Source of the DNA: a virus
Direction: 5' to 3' (one strand)
DNA: 57,018 nucleotides
Virus record (IMG/VR): IMGVR_UViG_3300035703_000114
The first letter of the stretch is position 1; each line of letters starts with the position of its first letter. A program made the translations under genes and the position numbers. The notes beneath the pieces were generated by a model. That model saw only the letters and a program-made list of their open reading frames with translations, did no database searches and was not told the DNA's origin. Of the stretch, positions 44,221 to 51,704 are shown one piece after another.

Positions 44221-44521
44221 CTACAAAGCAACGCCCGAGGATTGGGAGCTGCAGAGCAAGTGGGCGATTGATTGTCAAGACGCTCGCTGTTTGCTTGAAC
44301 TCCGCGCCAGGGTCGAACTGCTGGAGGCCAACTACAAGCCAACTCCTAATCCAAGCCAAATTAGGAGTTCGCTGGTAGAGCGGGTGATGACTGCCATTGA
44401 GCGTGCGGACGGAGATGACGAAGCCCGCGCCGCGATCCACGAGGTGCTGTCCTATCTGTGCGAACACGAGCTGATCGGCAACTATGCCCGGCGGCAGCTC
44501 GAGCAAGAGGCAAAGCTATGA
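44213..44521 (+). CDS. Hypothetical protein, paralogue A of the MT(D/N)YKAT family (102 aa)
   Basis: MTDYKATPEDWELQSKWAIDCQDARCLLELRARVELLE aligns with the N-terminus of 45042..45581. Confidence 0.7.
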   Translation: MTDYKATPEDWELQSKWAIDCQDARCLLELRARVELLEANYKPTPNPSQIRSSLVERVMTAIERADGDDEARAAIHEVLSYLCEHELIGNYARRQLEQEAKL

Positions 44522-44877
44522 CACAACATTCCATCACCCCACCGCCGGAGCTGTTTGCCGAGTGGCTCGCTGAGGCCAAGCGACTGCACCCCGGAGAGTC
44601 AACTGGCTTCATCGCCGGCGAAGTTGCCAGGCTCGCCTACCAAGCTGGCGCAGATCAGGAGCTGGAGACGTGCTGTGAGTATCTGATGCGTTGTGCTCAA
44701 TGGGAGCCTGAGGATATCGCGGAACTCCGCGCCGCCCGCCGCCCTAAACCGCTGAGCTTAAAAGAACAAGCCATGCGAGTGTTTCTCGAAGCCGGCTACA
44801 CATTGGGCGGACGCATGGAGCTTGAGCCTGAAGACATCGACATCATTCATCGCGCACTGGAGCAACTCAATGACTGA
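44518..44877 (+). CDS. Hypothetical protein (119 aa)
   Basis: ATGA overlap with the previous gene. Sequence MTQHSITPPPELFAEWLAEAKRLHPGE... Confidence 0.65.
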   Translation: MTQHSITPPPELFAEWLAEAKRLHPGESTGFIAGEVARLAYQAGADQELETCCEYLMRCAQWEPEDIAELRAARRPKPLSLKEQAMRVFLEAGYTLGGRMELEPEDIDIIHRALEQLND

Positions 44878-45049
44878 CTTTCTAAATCTCAAGATTTCTC
44901 AAAAGCAGGTTGTCTGCCCCAAGCACGGCACGCACAAGTACTACATCAGCAGCGACATCGAAGGCCACGAAGGGCACTGGTGCATGTTGTGTTGGCTTGA
45001 AACCCTTGGCCCATCACTGCCGCTTGTAGAGGAACAGCTCGATGACTAA
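44870..45049 (+). CDS. Small Cys/His-rich protein (59 aa)
   Basis: MTDFLNLKISQKQVVCPKHGTHKYYISSDIEGHEGHWCMLCW.... 8-nt overlaps with both neighbours. Confidence 0.55.
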   Translation: MTDFLNLKISQKQVVCPKHGTHKYYISSDIEGHEGHWCMLCWLETLGPSLPLVEEQLDD

Positions 45050-45581
45050 TTACAAAGCCACTGCCGACCAATGGGCGTATCAAGAGCACTGGGCGCAAGA
45101 GGATGGAGATGCAGCGTGCTTGTTAGAACTGCGGGACAGAGTGCAGTCACTGGAGGATGACAGTTGGAAGCAGGCTGAGAGCACCAGCTACTGCGTTGAT
45201 GCTTTGGTAAAACGCATCGAAGCGCTAGAGGCGAACACTAAACAATGGAGGACTGATCACTTGCGGCTTGCTAACACCTGCGCAGGCATGACAGAGGATC
45301 GGCTTGAGTTTTTCGGGAAACTATTACCCGAAGAGGAGAGTACGCCTGAAGGTGAAATCCTTGATTACTACAGCAAGCTTGCGGCGCAGCATGCAGGTGG
45401 GGCTGTATTTCACAAGGATCCATCACTGACAGAGCGCGTTGTGATGGCGATCACCCGCGATGGCGAGAAAGCTAGGTGGGGCGAAGCTCGAGCAGCAGTG
45501 CTTGAGATCGCCCGATGGCTTGAGCTGCGCGCTGGTGGCACGCGGGCATGCTGGCTGCTTGAGCGGGAGGCGCAGAAGTGA
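45042..45581 (+). CDS. Hypothetical protein, paralogue B of the MT(D/N)YKAT family (179 aa)
   Basis: MTNYKATADQWAYQEHWAQEDGDAACLLELRDRVQSLE plus a C-terminal SLTERVVMAITRDGE...ARAAVLEIARWL, which aligns with SLVERVMTAIERADGDDEARAAIHEVLSYL of paralogue A. Confidence 0.7.
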   Translation: MTNYKATADQWAYQEHWAQEDGDAACLLELRDRVQSLEDDSWKQAESTSYCVDALVKRIEALEANTKQWRTDHLRLANTCAGMTEDRLEFFGKLLPEEESTPEGEILDYYSKLAAQHAGGAVFHKDPSLTERVVMAITRDGEKARWGEARAAVLEIARWLELRAGGTRACWLLEREAQK

Positions 45582-45868
45582 CCTGGCGCCTGCTGGCCAA
45601 AGCGTTAGGCGAGAAGGCAAGTGACTGCGACCGCGAATCTGATCGCGTGGCGCTGATCCGCCTTGCGATCCTTACCAGCTACCTAATCACGAATTGTTTC
45701 ATCATTGCTGGGGTGCTTCGACACTGGGGGCCGGAGCGTCCGCAGCACGCGCCCGTACGAGATTTCAAGAGCACGGGCGATGGCTGCAGCGCTCATGCCA
45801 CCACGATGCATGAAGTAGATGAGGTCGCGATCAAACTGGTCGGCGGCCACGCTGGACAATTCGGCTAA
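45578..45868 (+). CDS. Possible small membrane protein (96-aa ORF, GTG start); 3' two-thirds antisense to the HTH gene
   Basis: GTGA overlap with the previous gene. The N-terminal 50 aa are plausible (hydrophobic VALIRLAILTSYLITNCFIIAGVL). The rest looks like antisense read-through. Confidence 0.35.
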   Translation: MTWRLLAKALGEKASDCDRESDRVALIRLAILTSYLITNCFIIAGVLRHWGPERPQHAPVRDFKSTGDGCSAHATTMHEVDEVAIKLVGGHAGQFG

Positions 45869-45874
45869 GGGCAT
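45683..45874 (-). CDS. Small HTH DNA-binding protein (63 aa) encoded antisense within the plus-strand arm
   Basis: MPLAELSSVAADQFDRDLIYFMHRGGMSAAAIARALEISYGRVLRTLRPP... has a clear helix-turn-helix. Own RBS (AAGG, 5 nt spacer before the ATG) and own promoter-like element. Confidence 0.6.
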   Translation of the reverse strand: MPLAELSSVAADQFDRDLIYFMHRGGMSAAAIARALEISYGRVLRTLRPPVSKHPSNDETIRD

Positions 45875-45885
45875 GGTAGCCTTTA

Positions 45886-45914
45886 TATGTACCTTTATCC
45901 ACTTATGACACCAA
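45886..45914 (-). promoter_or_regulatory. Promoter-like element for the antisense HTH gene (TTGGTG-17-TACATA)
   Basis: Minus strand reads gtTTGGTGtcataagtggataaaggTACATAtaaaggctaccATG. Confidence 0.45.
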
Positions 45915-46069
45915 ACGAAGTTCGAGACGCACTGGTCCCAATCCGAGAGGAGCTGGATGCAGTGCTGGGCAAGATTTATTGGCAAGACGGCATGGCGCAT
46001 GTGTTTGCTGCGCTTCATGCTGCTGTTGAAAACGTCAAACTCGCAAGGGACTACACCCACCGTGCTTGA
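45887..46069 (+). CDS. Small hypothetical protein (60 aa, or 54 aa from the second ATG)
   Basis: MYLYPLMTPNEVRDALVPIREELDAVLGKIYWQDGMAHVFAALHAAVENVKLARDY... Confidence 0.55.
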   Translation: MYLYPLMTPNEVRDALVPIREELDAVLGKIYWQDGMAHVFAALHAAVENVKLARDYTHRA

Positions 46070-46898
46070 TTACCATTCACATCCTGCAGCTTCTGCATCG
46101 AAGCTGAAGGCGATTATTAGCGGTACACCGCGTGATTATTGGGCAAAGTTTGTTGATCCAGATCGCAAGCCGTTCGCCCCTAGCGATGCAATGCGCCAGG
46201 GAAGCTTGGTCGATTGCTTGATTACTGAACCAGAGGAGTACAGCAAGCGGTACTTGGTTGCACCGCAGTGTGATCGCCGCACAAAGGAGGGAAAAGCGAT
46301 CTGGGCCGAGTTCCAGGCCGAGGCTGGTCAGCGTGAGGTGATCACGCGCGACTGGGAAGACAACGCGCTCAGGGTGGTCGAAGCGTTGATGCGCGATCCA
46401 GATGCTGCTCCACTGATTCGAGGTGGCGAAGGACAGGACCCTCACTTCTGGCTTGATGAGGATTGCGACATCGAATGCCGGTATAAACCCGACATCGAGC
46501 ATCCCAAAAAGGGCCTGCTTGTAGACCTTAAAAAGGCACGATCCGCGAGTCCCCGGATGTTTGCGGCGCAGTCGTATTCATTGGCTTACGACCTGCAGAT
46601 GGCGCATTACAGCCTGGGCTTTAAGGATCGCTATGGCAAATTACCTGAGCAGGTGATCTTGATTGCTTACGAATGGCAGTGGCCTCACAACACCAGCGTC
46701 AACATTCTCAGTGAGGATTTGATTGAGGAGGGTCATCGCCGTCGCGAGGAAGCGATCACAGTGCTGAAGCGCTGCTGGGAGTCTGGCGTTTGGCCATCTT
46801 GGGGCGCTGTCGAGATGGATGTGCCGCGCTGGGCGCATGCAGATGATCCTGCAAATGCAACTGATGCTGATGACCTTGAACTGGAGGGCCTCGAATGA
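46062..46898 (+). CDS. PD-(D/E)XK recombination exonuclease (RecE/DUF3799-like)
   Basis: From GTG 46062 (8-nt overlap with the previous gene): HPAASASKLKAI..., MRQGSLVDCLITEPEEY, ECRYKPDIEH...LLVDLKKARS (D...D-x-K), YDLQMAHY. The ORF-track 5' extension to 45957 overlaps the previous gene. Confidence 0.75.
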   Translation: MLDYHSHPAASASKLKAIISGTPRDYWAKFVDPDRKPFAPSDAMRQGSLVDCLITEPEEYSKRYLVAPQCDRRTKEGKAIWAEFQAEAGQREVITRDWEDNALRVVEALMRDPDAAPLIRGGEGQDPHFWLDEDCDIECRYKPDIEHPKKGLLVDLKKARSASPRMFAAQSYSLAYDLQMAHYSLGFKDRYGKLPEQVILIAYEWQWPHNTSVNILSEDLIEEGHRRREEAITVLKRCWESGVWPSWGAVEMDVPRWAHADDPANATDADDLELEGLE

Positions 46899-47443
46899 AT
46901 TTTGATGAGCTGTACCCCGGCCGCTTCTTGAAGGCTGGATTGATTCCAAACGGCAAAGCGACTTACACGATTGCTTCTGTTGCTAGGGAGCAGATTGAAG
47001 GCGAGAACGGAGTCGAGGACAAGGTTTTGATGACCTTCTCTGAGACTGCGATGCAGCTTGTGTTGCCGAAGGTGAATGCTGTTGCAATTCGCGCGATGTT
47101 TGGCAGCGATGTGCAGCAGTGGATTGGCAAGCGCGTGACGCTTTATGCGACGACGGACATCATGCCGTTCCCAAAGCGCAGGAACGAGCCGTGTATCAGG
47201 GTGTTCGGTAGCCCTGATATCCGCGAAGAGGTGATCTGCGAATGGCAGCCCCCGAAACGAAGGAAGCTGGTACAGAAGCTGCAGCCGACTGGGTATTACC
47301 AAACTGCATGGACCGCGATTCAGCAAGGCACAGCAGATCAGATGCCAGCAATGCGCAAACGAGTGGATCAGCTTGCCAGCACCGGCGAGCTGACCAGCGG
47401 CGAGCACGCGCAATTGATTGCAGCAATTGATGCACGCATGTAA
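46895..47443 (+). CDS. Conserved-looking phage protein (182 aa), possibly OB-fold/ssDNA-associated
   Basis: FLKAGLIPNGKATYTIASVAREQIEGENG...VLMTFSE...LVLPKVNAVAIRAMFGSDVQQWIGKRVTLYA...IRVF is a pattern I have seen next to phage exonucleases. Function not established. Confidence 0.6.
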   Translation: MNFDELYPGRFLKAGLIPNGKATYTIASVAREQIEGENGVEDKVLMTFSETAMQLVLPKVNAVAIRAMFGSDVQQWIGKRVTLYATTDIMPFPKRRNEPCIRVFGSPDIREEVICEWQPPKRRKLVQKLQPTGYYQTAWTAIQQGTADQMPAMRKRVDQLASTGELTSGEHAQLIAAIDARM

Positions 47444-47472
47444 GCTATTTGTTGTTTGTTTTGTGTTTTGTT

Positions 47473-47808
47473 ATGACTGATTTTGAGAAGGTGAGCATGG
47501 AGGAGGTGCGAGTGCGTGTGCAGCGCAAGAGCAAGACCACCCCTCTGCGCGAGGAAATTCTCAGCATGAAACCTGGTGACGCCATCTCCGTTTCGTTCTA
47601 TAATTCGGAAACGGGCGAGGGGTACAAGCCGACCACGATCGCCCAGGTTGTCAGTCAGATGACCAAGCACAGCCCTGAGCTGCGCTACTCGATGCGCAAA
47701 GACGCCAGTGGTCTTAGCTGCTTCGTCATGTGCATCGAGAAAACTCCCGAGGATGCACTGCGTCCTCGCCGTGGTCGGAAGCCTAAAAACCTGGAGGTAG
47801 CCTCTTGA
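47473..47808 (+). CDS. Hypothetical protein with an AT-hook-like C-terminus (111 aa)
   Basis: ATG 47473 is preceded by a T/G-rich tract. The C-terminus is RPRRGRKPKNLEV. Confidence 0.6.
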   Translation: MTDFEKVSMEEVRVRVQRKSKTTPLREEILSMKPGDAISVSFYNSETGEGYKPTTIAQVVSQMTKHSPELRYSMRKDASGLSCFVMCIEKTPEDALRPRRGRKPKNLEVAS

Positions 47809-48218
47809 CTTTTACCGCTAGTGGCGCGCTGTTTCAACAGACCGCAGAGCAACTTCAACAGCGTCTTGGTGATCGCTATGACGCATCGAAGAACTATCCC
47901 AACTATGACGGGATTTTGAATGTACCTGCCGATCAGGCATATGCGCTTGCGCAATACCTGATGAATGGGCAGCCAATTGGTGAGCGGCAGGAGATTCCGA
48001 TTCGGATCTCGGGCTGGCGGAAGCAGTCACAGGCTGGCAAGCCATATCTGAGCTTGAGCTTCAAGCCTGATTCGCGTGTCCAGCAGGCTGCACCTGTTGC
48101 ACCTGCACCTGCACCAGTCGCTGCTGTACCGCCCCCGGTTGTGCAGCAAGCTGCGCAGCAAGTTGCAACCGCATTCGGTGGTGCTGTTAGCACGATCGAA
48201 GACGAAATTCCGTTCTGA
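47805..48218 (+). CDS. Putative single-stranded DNA-binding protein with an SSB-type acidic tip
   Basis: Pro/Ala/Gln-rich linker (QQAAPVAPAPAPVAAVPPPVVQQAAQQ) ends in TIEDEIPF, matching the bacterial SSB C-terminal D-D-D-I-P-F tip. The N-terminal domain is not a canonical SSB OB sequence. Confidence 0.6.
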   Translation: MTFTASGALFQQTAEQLQQRLGDRYDASKNYPNYDGILNVPADQAYALAQYLMNGQPIGERQEIPIRISGWRKQSQAGKPYLSLSFKPDSRVQQAAPVAPAPAPVAAVPPPVVQQAAQQVATAFGGAVSTIEDEIPF

Positions 48219-48227
48219 TCAGTCCAC

Positions 48228-48252
48228 GGGGCGGCATCAGCCGCCCTTTCCT
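48228..48252 (+). terminator. Rho-independent terminator after the SSB-like gene
   Basis: GGGCGGC-atca-GCCGCCC followed by TTTCCT, 10 nt after the stop. Confidence 0.55.
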
Positions 48253-48262
48253 ACCCATAATT

Positions 48263-48688
48263 ATGGAATTTACCTTCAACAGCAAATCACTTGAGCGTGA
48301 AGTCAGCCTTCATCAGATTTATGAGCTGACACCTTCCGAAGCGCGCAACCTCCACGCTGAACTGGTGATTGCGGTTCAGTCAATGGATGAAAGAGTTTCT
48401 GAAGCGCTTACCACTGAGCATGCCAGCGGTATTCCTGCCGATAAAGATTGGATTCATCGGGTCAAGAAGAAGCGTCGTATCTGCGTTGCTTTTGCGACTC
48501 AGGTCAAGCAGATGCTTGATGCACCACAGCAGCAGACAGCGCCAGTTTCCAATTTCACGACGATTTTTCAACGTCGCTTTGAGGAACTATTACTGGAAGA
48601 GCTTGGTCAAACGGTCTTTGATGAAATCAAGGCCGAAGCGAGGGATCTTGCGCTTGCAGACCTTCAAGTGCCAACTCAAGGCGCATAA
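48263..48688 (+). CDS. Hypothetical protein (141 aa)
   Basis: Clean helical ORF following the terminator. Confidence 0.65.
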   Translation: MEFTFNSKSLEREVSLHQIYELTPSEARNLHAELVIAVQSMDERVSEALTTEHASGIPADKDWIHRVKKKRRICVAFATQVKQMLDAPQQQTAPVSNFTTIFQRRFEELLLEELGQTVFDEIKAEARDLALADLQVPTQGA

Positions 48689-48830
48689 TTTCCCAAACCG
48701 CCTGTTGCAGCATATTTTGCTGCATAATGCAAGTACGAAACATGCTGGCCTCGCGTTCAGTCATTGAACGTGCAGCCAGCTCGTATTGAAGTTCCTGCTC
48801 CGGCGGGATGTTGTTCTTAATCCATTCCAT
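48627..48830 (-). CDS. Possible small protein (67 aa) on the opposite strand
   Basis: MEWIKNNIPPEQELQYELAARSMTEREASMFRTCIMQQNMLQQAVWEIMR.... Its 3' end overlaps 48263..48688 by 62 nt. Confidence 0.3.
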   Translation of the reverse strand: MEWIKNNIPPEQELQYELAARSMTEREASMFRTCIMQQNMLQQAVWEIMRLELALEGLQAQDPSLRP

Positions 48831-48838
48831 TTTTCATC

Positions 48839-49051
48839 ATGCATTGGGTTGAAGATGATGCTGGCAAGACCCAGCACGGAGAGGGCATTAGCAGAGCACC
48901 TGCAAAAGCAAAAACGAAATTGTTTGACTTAATCGTAAAGCAGGCTGGCGCTCGTCCTATGAAATTCAGCATTCCCGCAGAATCGGCTGCAAAAGCAAAG
49001 CAGTACGCTTCGGCGCGGTGGCCGCTTGCCAATATTGAGGTCGTCAGGTAG
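48839..49051 (+). CDS. Hypothetical protein (70 aa)
   Basis: ORF with a 1-nt overlap to the next gene. Confidence 0.5.
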   Translation: MHWVEDDAGKTQHGEGISRAPAKAKTKLFDLIVKQAGARPMKFSIPAESAAKAKQYASARWPLANIEVVR

Positions 49052-49560
49052 TGGAGCAGTATTGCACGCACACTTTTCGCAAAATAGTATCAACGCATAA
49101 TTGGAAGAACAATTCACCTATTCGGACATATTGGCTGGAATGCAAGTGCTGCCAATACAAGTGGAGCGTCCACTATGACCGTTGCTTGAAGCGTGAAGTC
49201 ATTGTCGATAAAGATTCAGCAAATAAACCACTAAATGCTAAAAAACTTACCGCTGAAGACGTAAAGCTAATTCTTACTGATTCTCGCTCAGGCGCAGAAC
49301 TAGCCAAGGAACTGGGTGTTACGCATCAATCCGTGAACCAGGTCCGCGTTGGCATGACATATCGACAATTGTGGCCAGAATTAAAGCGGCGCATTCCCGT
49401 GCCGCGTCCTCGTCGTCGCCGCGCGCCAGTAATCAGCGAAACACCCGACATCGATTGCCGCAATTGCGCACATTGGTGGCAGGGGCACTGTGATCTGGGC
49501 GTACCAGAAGCCGGTGGTGATTTCGCTGACGAATGCTCTTACTTCAATTCTGACGATTAA
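49051..49560 (+). CDS. HTH protein with a C-terminal Cys4 motif (169 aa); candidate transcription regulator
   Basis: N-terminal CxxxxC...CKCC cluster, central HTH (SGAELAKELGVTHQSVNQVRVG), Arg-rich linker, then CRNCAHWWQGHCDLGVPEAGGDFADECSYF. Confidence 0.7.
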   Translation: MEQYCTHTFRKIVSTHNWKNNSPIRTYWLECKCCQYKWSVHYDRCLKREVIVDKDSANKPLNAKKLTAEDVKLILTDSRSGAELAKELGVTHQSVNQVRVGMTYRQLWPELKRRIPVPRPRRRRAPVISETPDIDCRNCAHWWQGHCDLGVPEAGGDFADECSYFNSDD

Positions 49561-49838
49561 TGGCTATTACAAAAAACTGCCGTCCATGCTTGAGCTGCTC
49601 GCGTCCGACGACGAGCCCTGTGTATTGCGATCACTGCTATCGCGCGACACCAGCAGGTCGCGCTGAATTTGCAATGAAGAATAAATACAGGCAGGTTCCC
49701 AATGGCGGTCCATGTGCGGCATGCTTGCACTGGATCGGTCGCTGTGGCCTCGGTCTGCCAGAAGGCGGATCAGAATATGCACGGGACTGCTCCCTACTAC
49801 TACTTCAAAAGGAATTATGCGTGGCCACCCATTCTTGA
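49560..49838 (+). CDS. Small Cys-rich protein with the same Cys4 motif (92 aa)
   Basis: CRPCLSC...CDHC at the N-terminus, then CAACLHWIGRCGLGLPEGGSEYARDCSLL. Confidence 0.65.
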   Translation: MAITKNCRPCLSCSRPTTSPVYCDHCYRATPAGRAEFAMKNKYRQVPNGGPCAACLHWIGRCGLGLPEGGSEYARDCSLLLLQKELCVATHS

Positions 49839-50047
49839 ATCCGATTGAGGCGGCTCTTATCCGTTGGCTTGCCGATTCCCCTCGAATCGGTTACATAGCG
49901 GTTAAGCAGCACAGCAGCCTGACCACATGGATTTTGCGCGATCACACAGATGCTGTGATGCCAACCGAAGAAGAGTATGAAGAAGACGACGAGCCGCTTT
50001 CAATGCAACTCGAACGGCTTTACCATTTACCTGATGCCGACCGCTAG
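49817..50047 (+). CDS. Hypothetical acidic protein (76 aa)
   Basis: Internal ATG 49817 (MRGHPFLNPIEAALIRWLADSPRIGY...). 22-nt overlap with the previous gene. Confidence 0.5.
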   Translation: MRGHPFLNPIEAALIRWLADSPRIGYIAVKQHSSLTTWILRDHTDAVMPTEEEYEEDDEPLSMQLERLYHLPDADR

Positions 50048-50050
50048 TGC

Positions 50051-50233
50051 ATGTACCTGCCTAGCGCAGGCGTCGGCTCCTTCGGCGCTCATCCCATGAT
50101 CTGGGGTGTCGACACTTATTTCAAACCTTGGTTTTTCGATGGAAAAGTTGTTCACTGGGGCCATCCAGCCCCTGACCGCCGAGATGCTTTGCGAGAAGCT
50201 GCCGCAATGGCAAGTGGAAAACGGCAAGGCTGA
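50051..50233 (+). CDS. Possible small protein (60 aa)
   Basis: MYLPSAGVGSFGAHPMIWGVDTYFKPWFFDGKVVHWGHP.... Overlaps the next candidate by 95 nt in another frame. Confidence 0.35.
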   Translation: MYLPSAGVGSFGAHPMIWGVDTYFKPWFFDGKVVHWGHPAPDRRDALREAAAMASGKRQG

Positions 50234-50378
50234 CTTTATGGATTATTTGTACGAACTTTACGATCGCGAAAATGAAGAGCCCGGCCTGAAAGGCACTTAT
50301 ACAGGGCTTTGGAAGCGATTTAAGAACGACACAGCGCAAATCATGCGCGCTGGTCACATTGAAACCGGTACTCTTTAA
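50139..50378 (+). CDS. Hypothetical protein (79 aa)
   Basis: ATG 50139 (MEKLFTGAIQPLTAEMLCEKLPQWQVENGKADFMDYLYELYDRE...). 1-nt overlap with the kinase gene. Confidence 0.55.
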   Translation: MEKLFTGAIQPLTAEMLCEKLPQWQVENGKADFMDYLYELYDRENEEPGLKGTYTGLWKRFKNDTAQIMRAGHIETGTL

Positions 50379-50914
50379 TGCAAAAAATCATTGGCCTTTA
50401 TAGCCCGGCACCGCAGTCGGGCAAGTCAACTGTTGCCACATATCTTGAGCAGCAGGGTTATGCGATTGTGCCGTTTGCCGAAACGCTCAAGCTGATGTTG
50501 ATTCCGATGCTGGAATCACTTGGCTACGACAACTGCGGAGCGAATTATCTCGTCCACCAAGCAAAGCAAGTAGTCGTTGGTGATGCTGGCGTGAGTGTGC
50601 GGCACATGCTGCAGACACTCGGCACCGAATGGGGGCGACAGTGCATTCACCCCGAAATATGGGTGCGCTGCTGGAAAGGTCGTGCTGATCGGTTTGATGC
50701 TGTCGTCGCCGATGACGTGCGCTTCCCCAACGAAGCAAAAATGATCAAGCTGCTCGGCGGCGAAATGTGGCGCATTGATCGCCCCAGTGCAGCCAACACA
50801 TTTGATCACGCGAGCGAGGGCTCCCTCAACAGCTATCGCGAATTTGATCGCTATATCACAAATGACGGGACAATTGAAGAGTTAATCAGTAAGCTTCAGG
50901 ATATTCCCGTGTAA
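50378..50914 (+). CDS. Deoxynucleoside monophosphate kinase (P-loop)
   Basis: P-loop GLYSPAPQSGKST plus the pattern FAETLK...VRHMLQTLGTEWGRQCIHPEIW...DDVRFPNE typical of phage dNMP kinases. Confidence 0.75.
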   Translation: MQKIIGLYSPAPQSGKSTVATYLEQQGYAIVPFAETLKLMLIPMLESLGYDNCGANYLVHQAKQVVVGDAGVSVRHMLQTLGTEWGRQCIHPEIWVRCWKGRADRFDAVVADDVRFPNEAKMIKLLGGEMWRIDRPSAANTFDHASEGSLNSYREFDRYITNDGTIEELISKLQDIPV

Positions 50915-50917
50915 TCA

Positions 50918-51232
50918 ATGGCCAGTTTGCGCTACCACGCCGGTCGGATGGTGCTTTACGAGTCACCATCTGGCTGGCGGGTACGCATCAAGACCAAGGA
51001 GGGAAAGCTTGACCTGCCTCTATTGTCTGGCGACTTAGAGCAGGCCACGCTTGAAGCAGAGGTTCTTTACGCCGACGCCAGAGCAATCAGCAGCAGCAAG
51101 CCATTTTGCTATCAGTGCATTCACTGGAAGGCATCTGCGGCAAAATGTGATTTAGGGTTTCCTGAAGGACGATCATCCGGTGGACGATTCGCAAAAGACT
51201 GCAGTGCCTTCAAACGCGATCGATTGCGGTGA
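50918..51232 (+). CDS. Small protein with the Cys4 motif (104 aa)
   Basis: C-terminus CYQCIHWKASAAKCDLGFPEGRSSGGRFAKDCSAF. Confidence 0.65.
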   Translation: MASLRYHAGRMVLYESPSGWRVRIKTKEGKLDLPLLSGDLEQATLEAEVLYADARAISSSKPFCYQCIHWKASAAKCDLGFPEGRSSGGRFAKDCSAFKRDRLR

Positions 51233-51383
51233 CGGCTATTACATCGAAACGGGCACCGAGCCTGGCATCGGTGAAGTGCGCTATGCCTCTTGCATGCCCG
51301 GTGGCGCTATCTGCCGGTACTCCAATGATCTATGGCAGGCGCAAATTTATATTGAGCATTTGAAAGGCAACCGATGCCAGTGA
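51204..51383 (+). CDS. Possible last gene of the plus arm (about 59 aa, GTG start)
   Basis: ORF DCGDGYYIETGTEPGIGEVRYASCMPGGAICRYSNDLWQAQIYIEHLKG.... Its 3' end overlaps the convergent HNH gene by 77 nt. Confidence 0.35.
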   Translation: MPSNAIDCGDGYYIETGTEPGIGEVRYASCMPGGAICRYSNDLWQAQIYIEHLKGNRCQ

Positions 51384-51672
51384 TCCATTCGTAAACCTGT
51401 TGGGCGCGGTGCCAGCACCAGGAATCTTGATGGGTCCACCAGTTCCAAAGCGACATGTAGCCCTTCGAGGCATTGCAGGACAAGCAAGCGGGCACGCAGT
51501 TTTGAGGAACTGTGAGCCCGCCTTTTGATTTGGGTTTGACGTGATCGATAGTTGTTGCGTGCTTACCGCAGTAGGCACAGCGGTGATGCCATGCTTCAAA
51601 AATTGATGCCCTGAATCGTTGTTTTGTTACTTTCTTGCTAACCAGTTCGACGCCATCGATCTGGTGCTCCAT
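51307..51672 (-). CDS. HNH endonuclease (121 aa)
   Basis: WHHRCAYCGKHATTIDHVKPKSKGGLTVPQNCVPACLSCNASKG. Confidence 0.85.
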   Translation of the reverse strand: MEHQIDGVELVSKKVTKQRFRASIFEAWHHRCAYCGKHATTIDHVKPKSKGGLTVPQNCVPACLSCNASKGYMSLWNWWTHQDSWCWHRAQQVYEWITGIGCLSNAQYKFAPAIDHWSTGR

Positions 51673-51704
51673 AACTAGCGAGACAGGGCTCGATTACAGG
51701 GTAG

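Noticed and set aside
46733-47413. 226-aa minus-strand ORF opposite the exonuclease and the 182-aa gene
   Set aside because: It is antisense to two tightly coupled plus-strand genes with recognisable motifs, and its product has no protein-like features.
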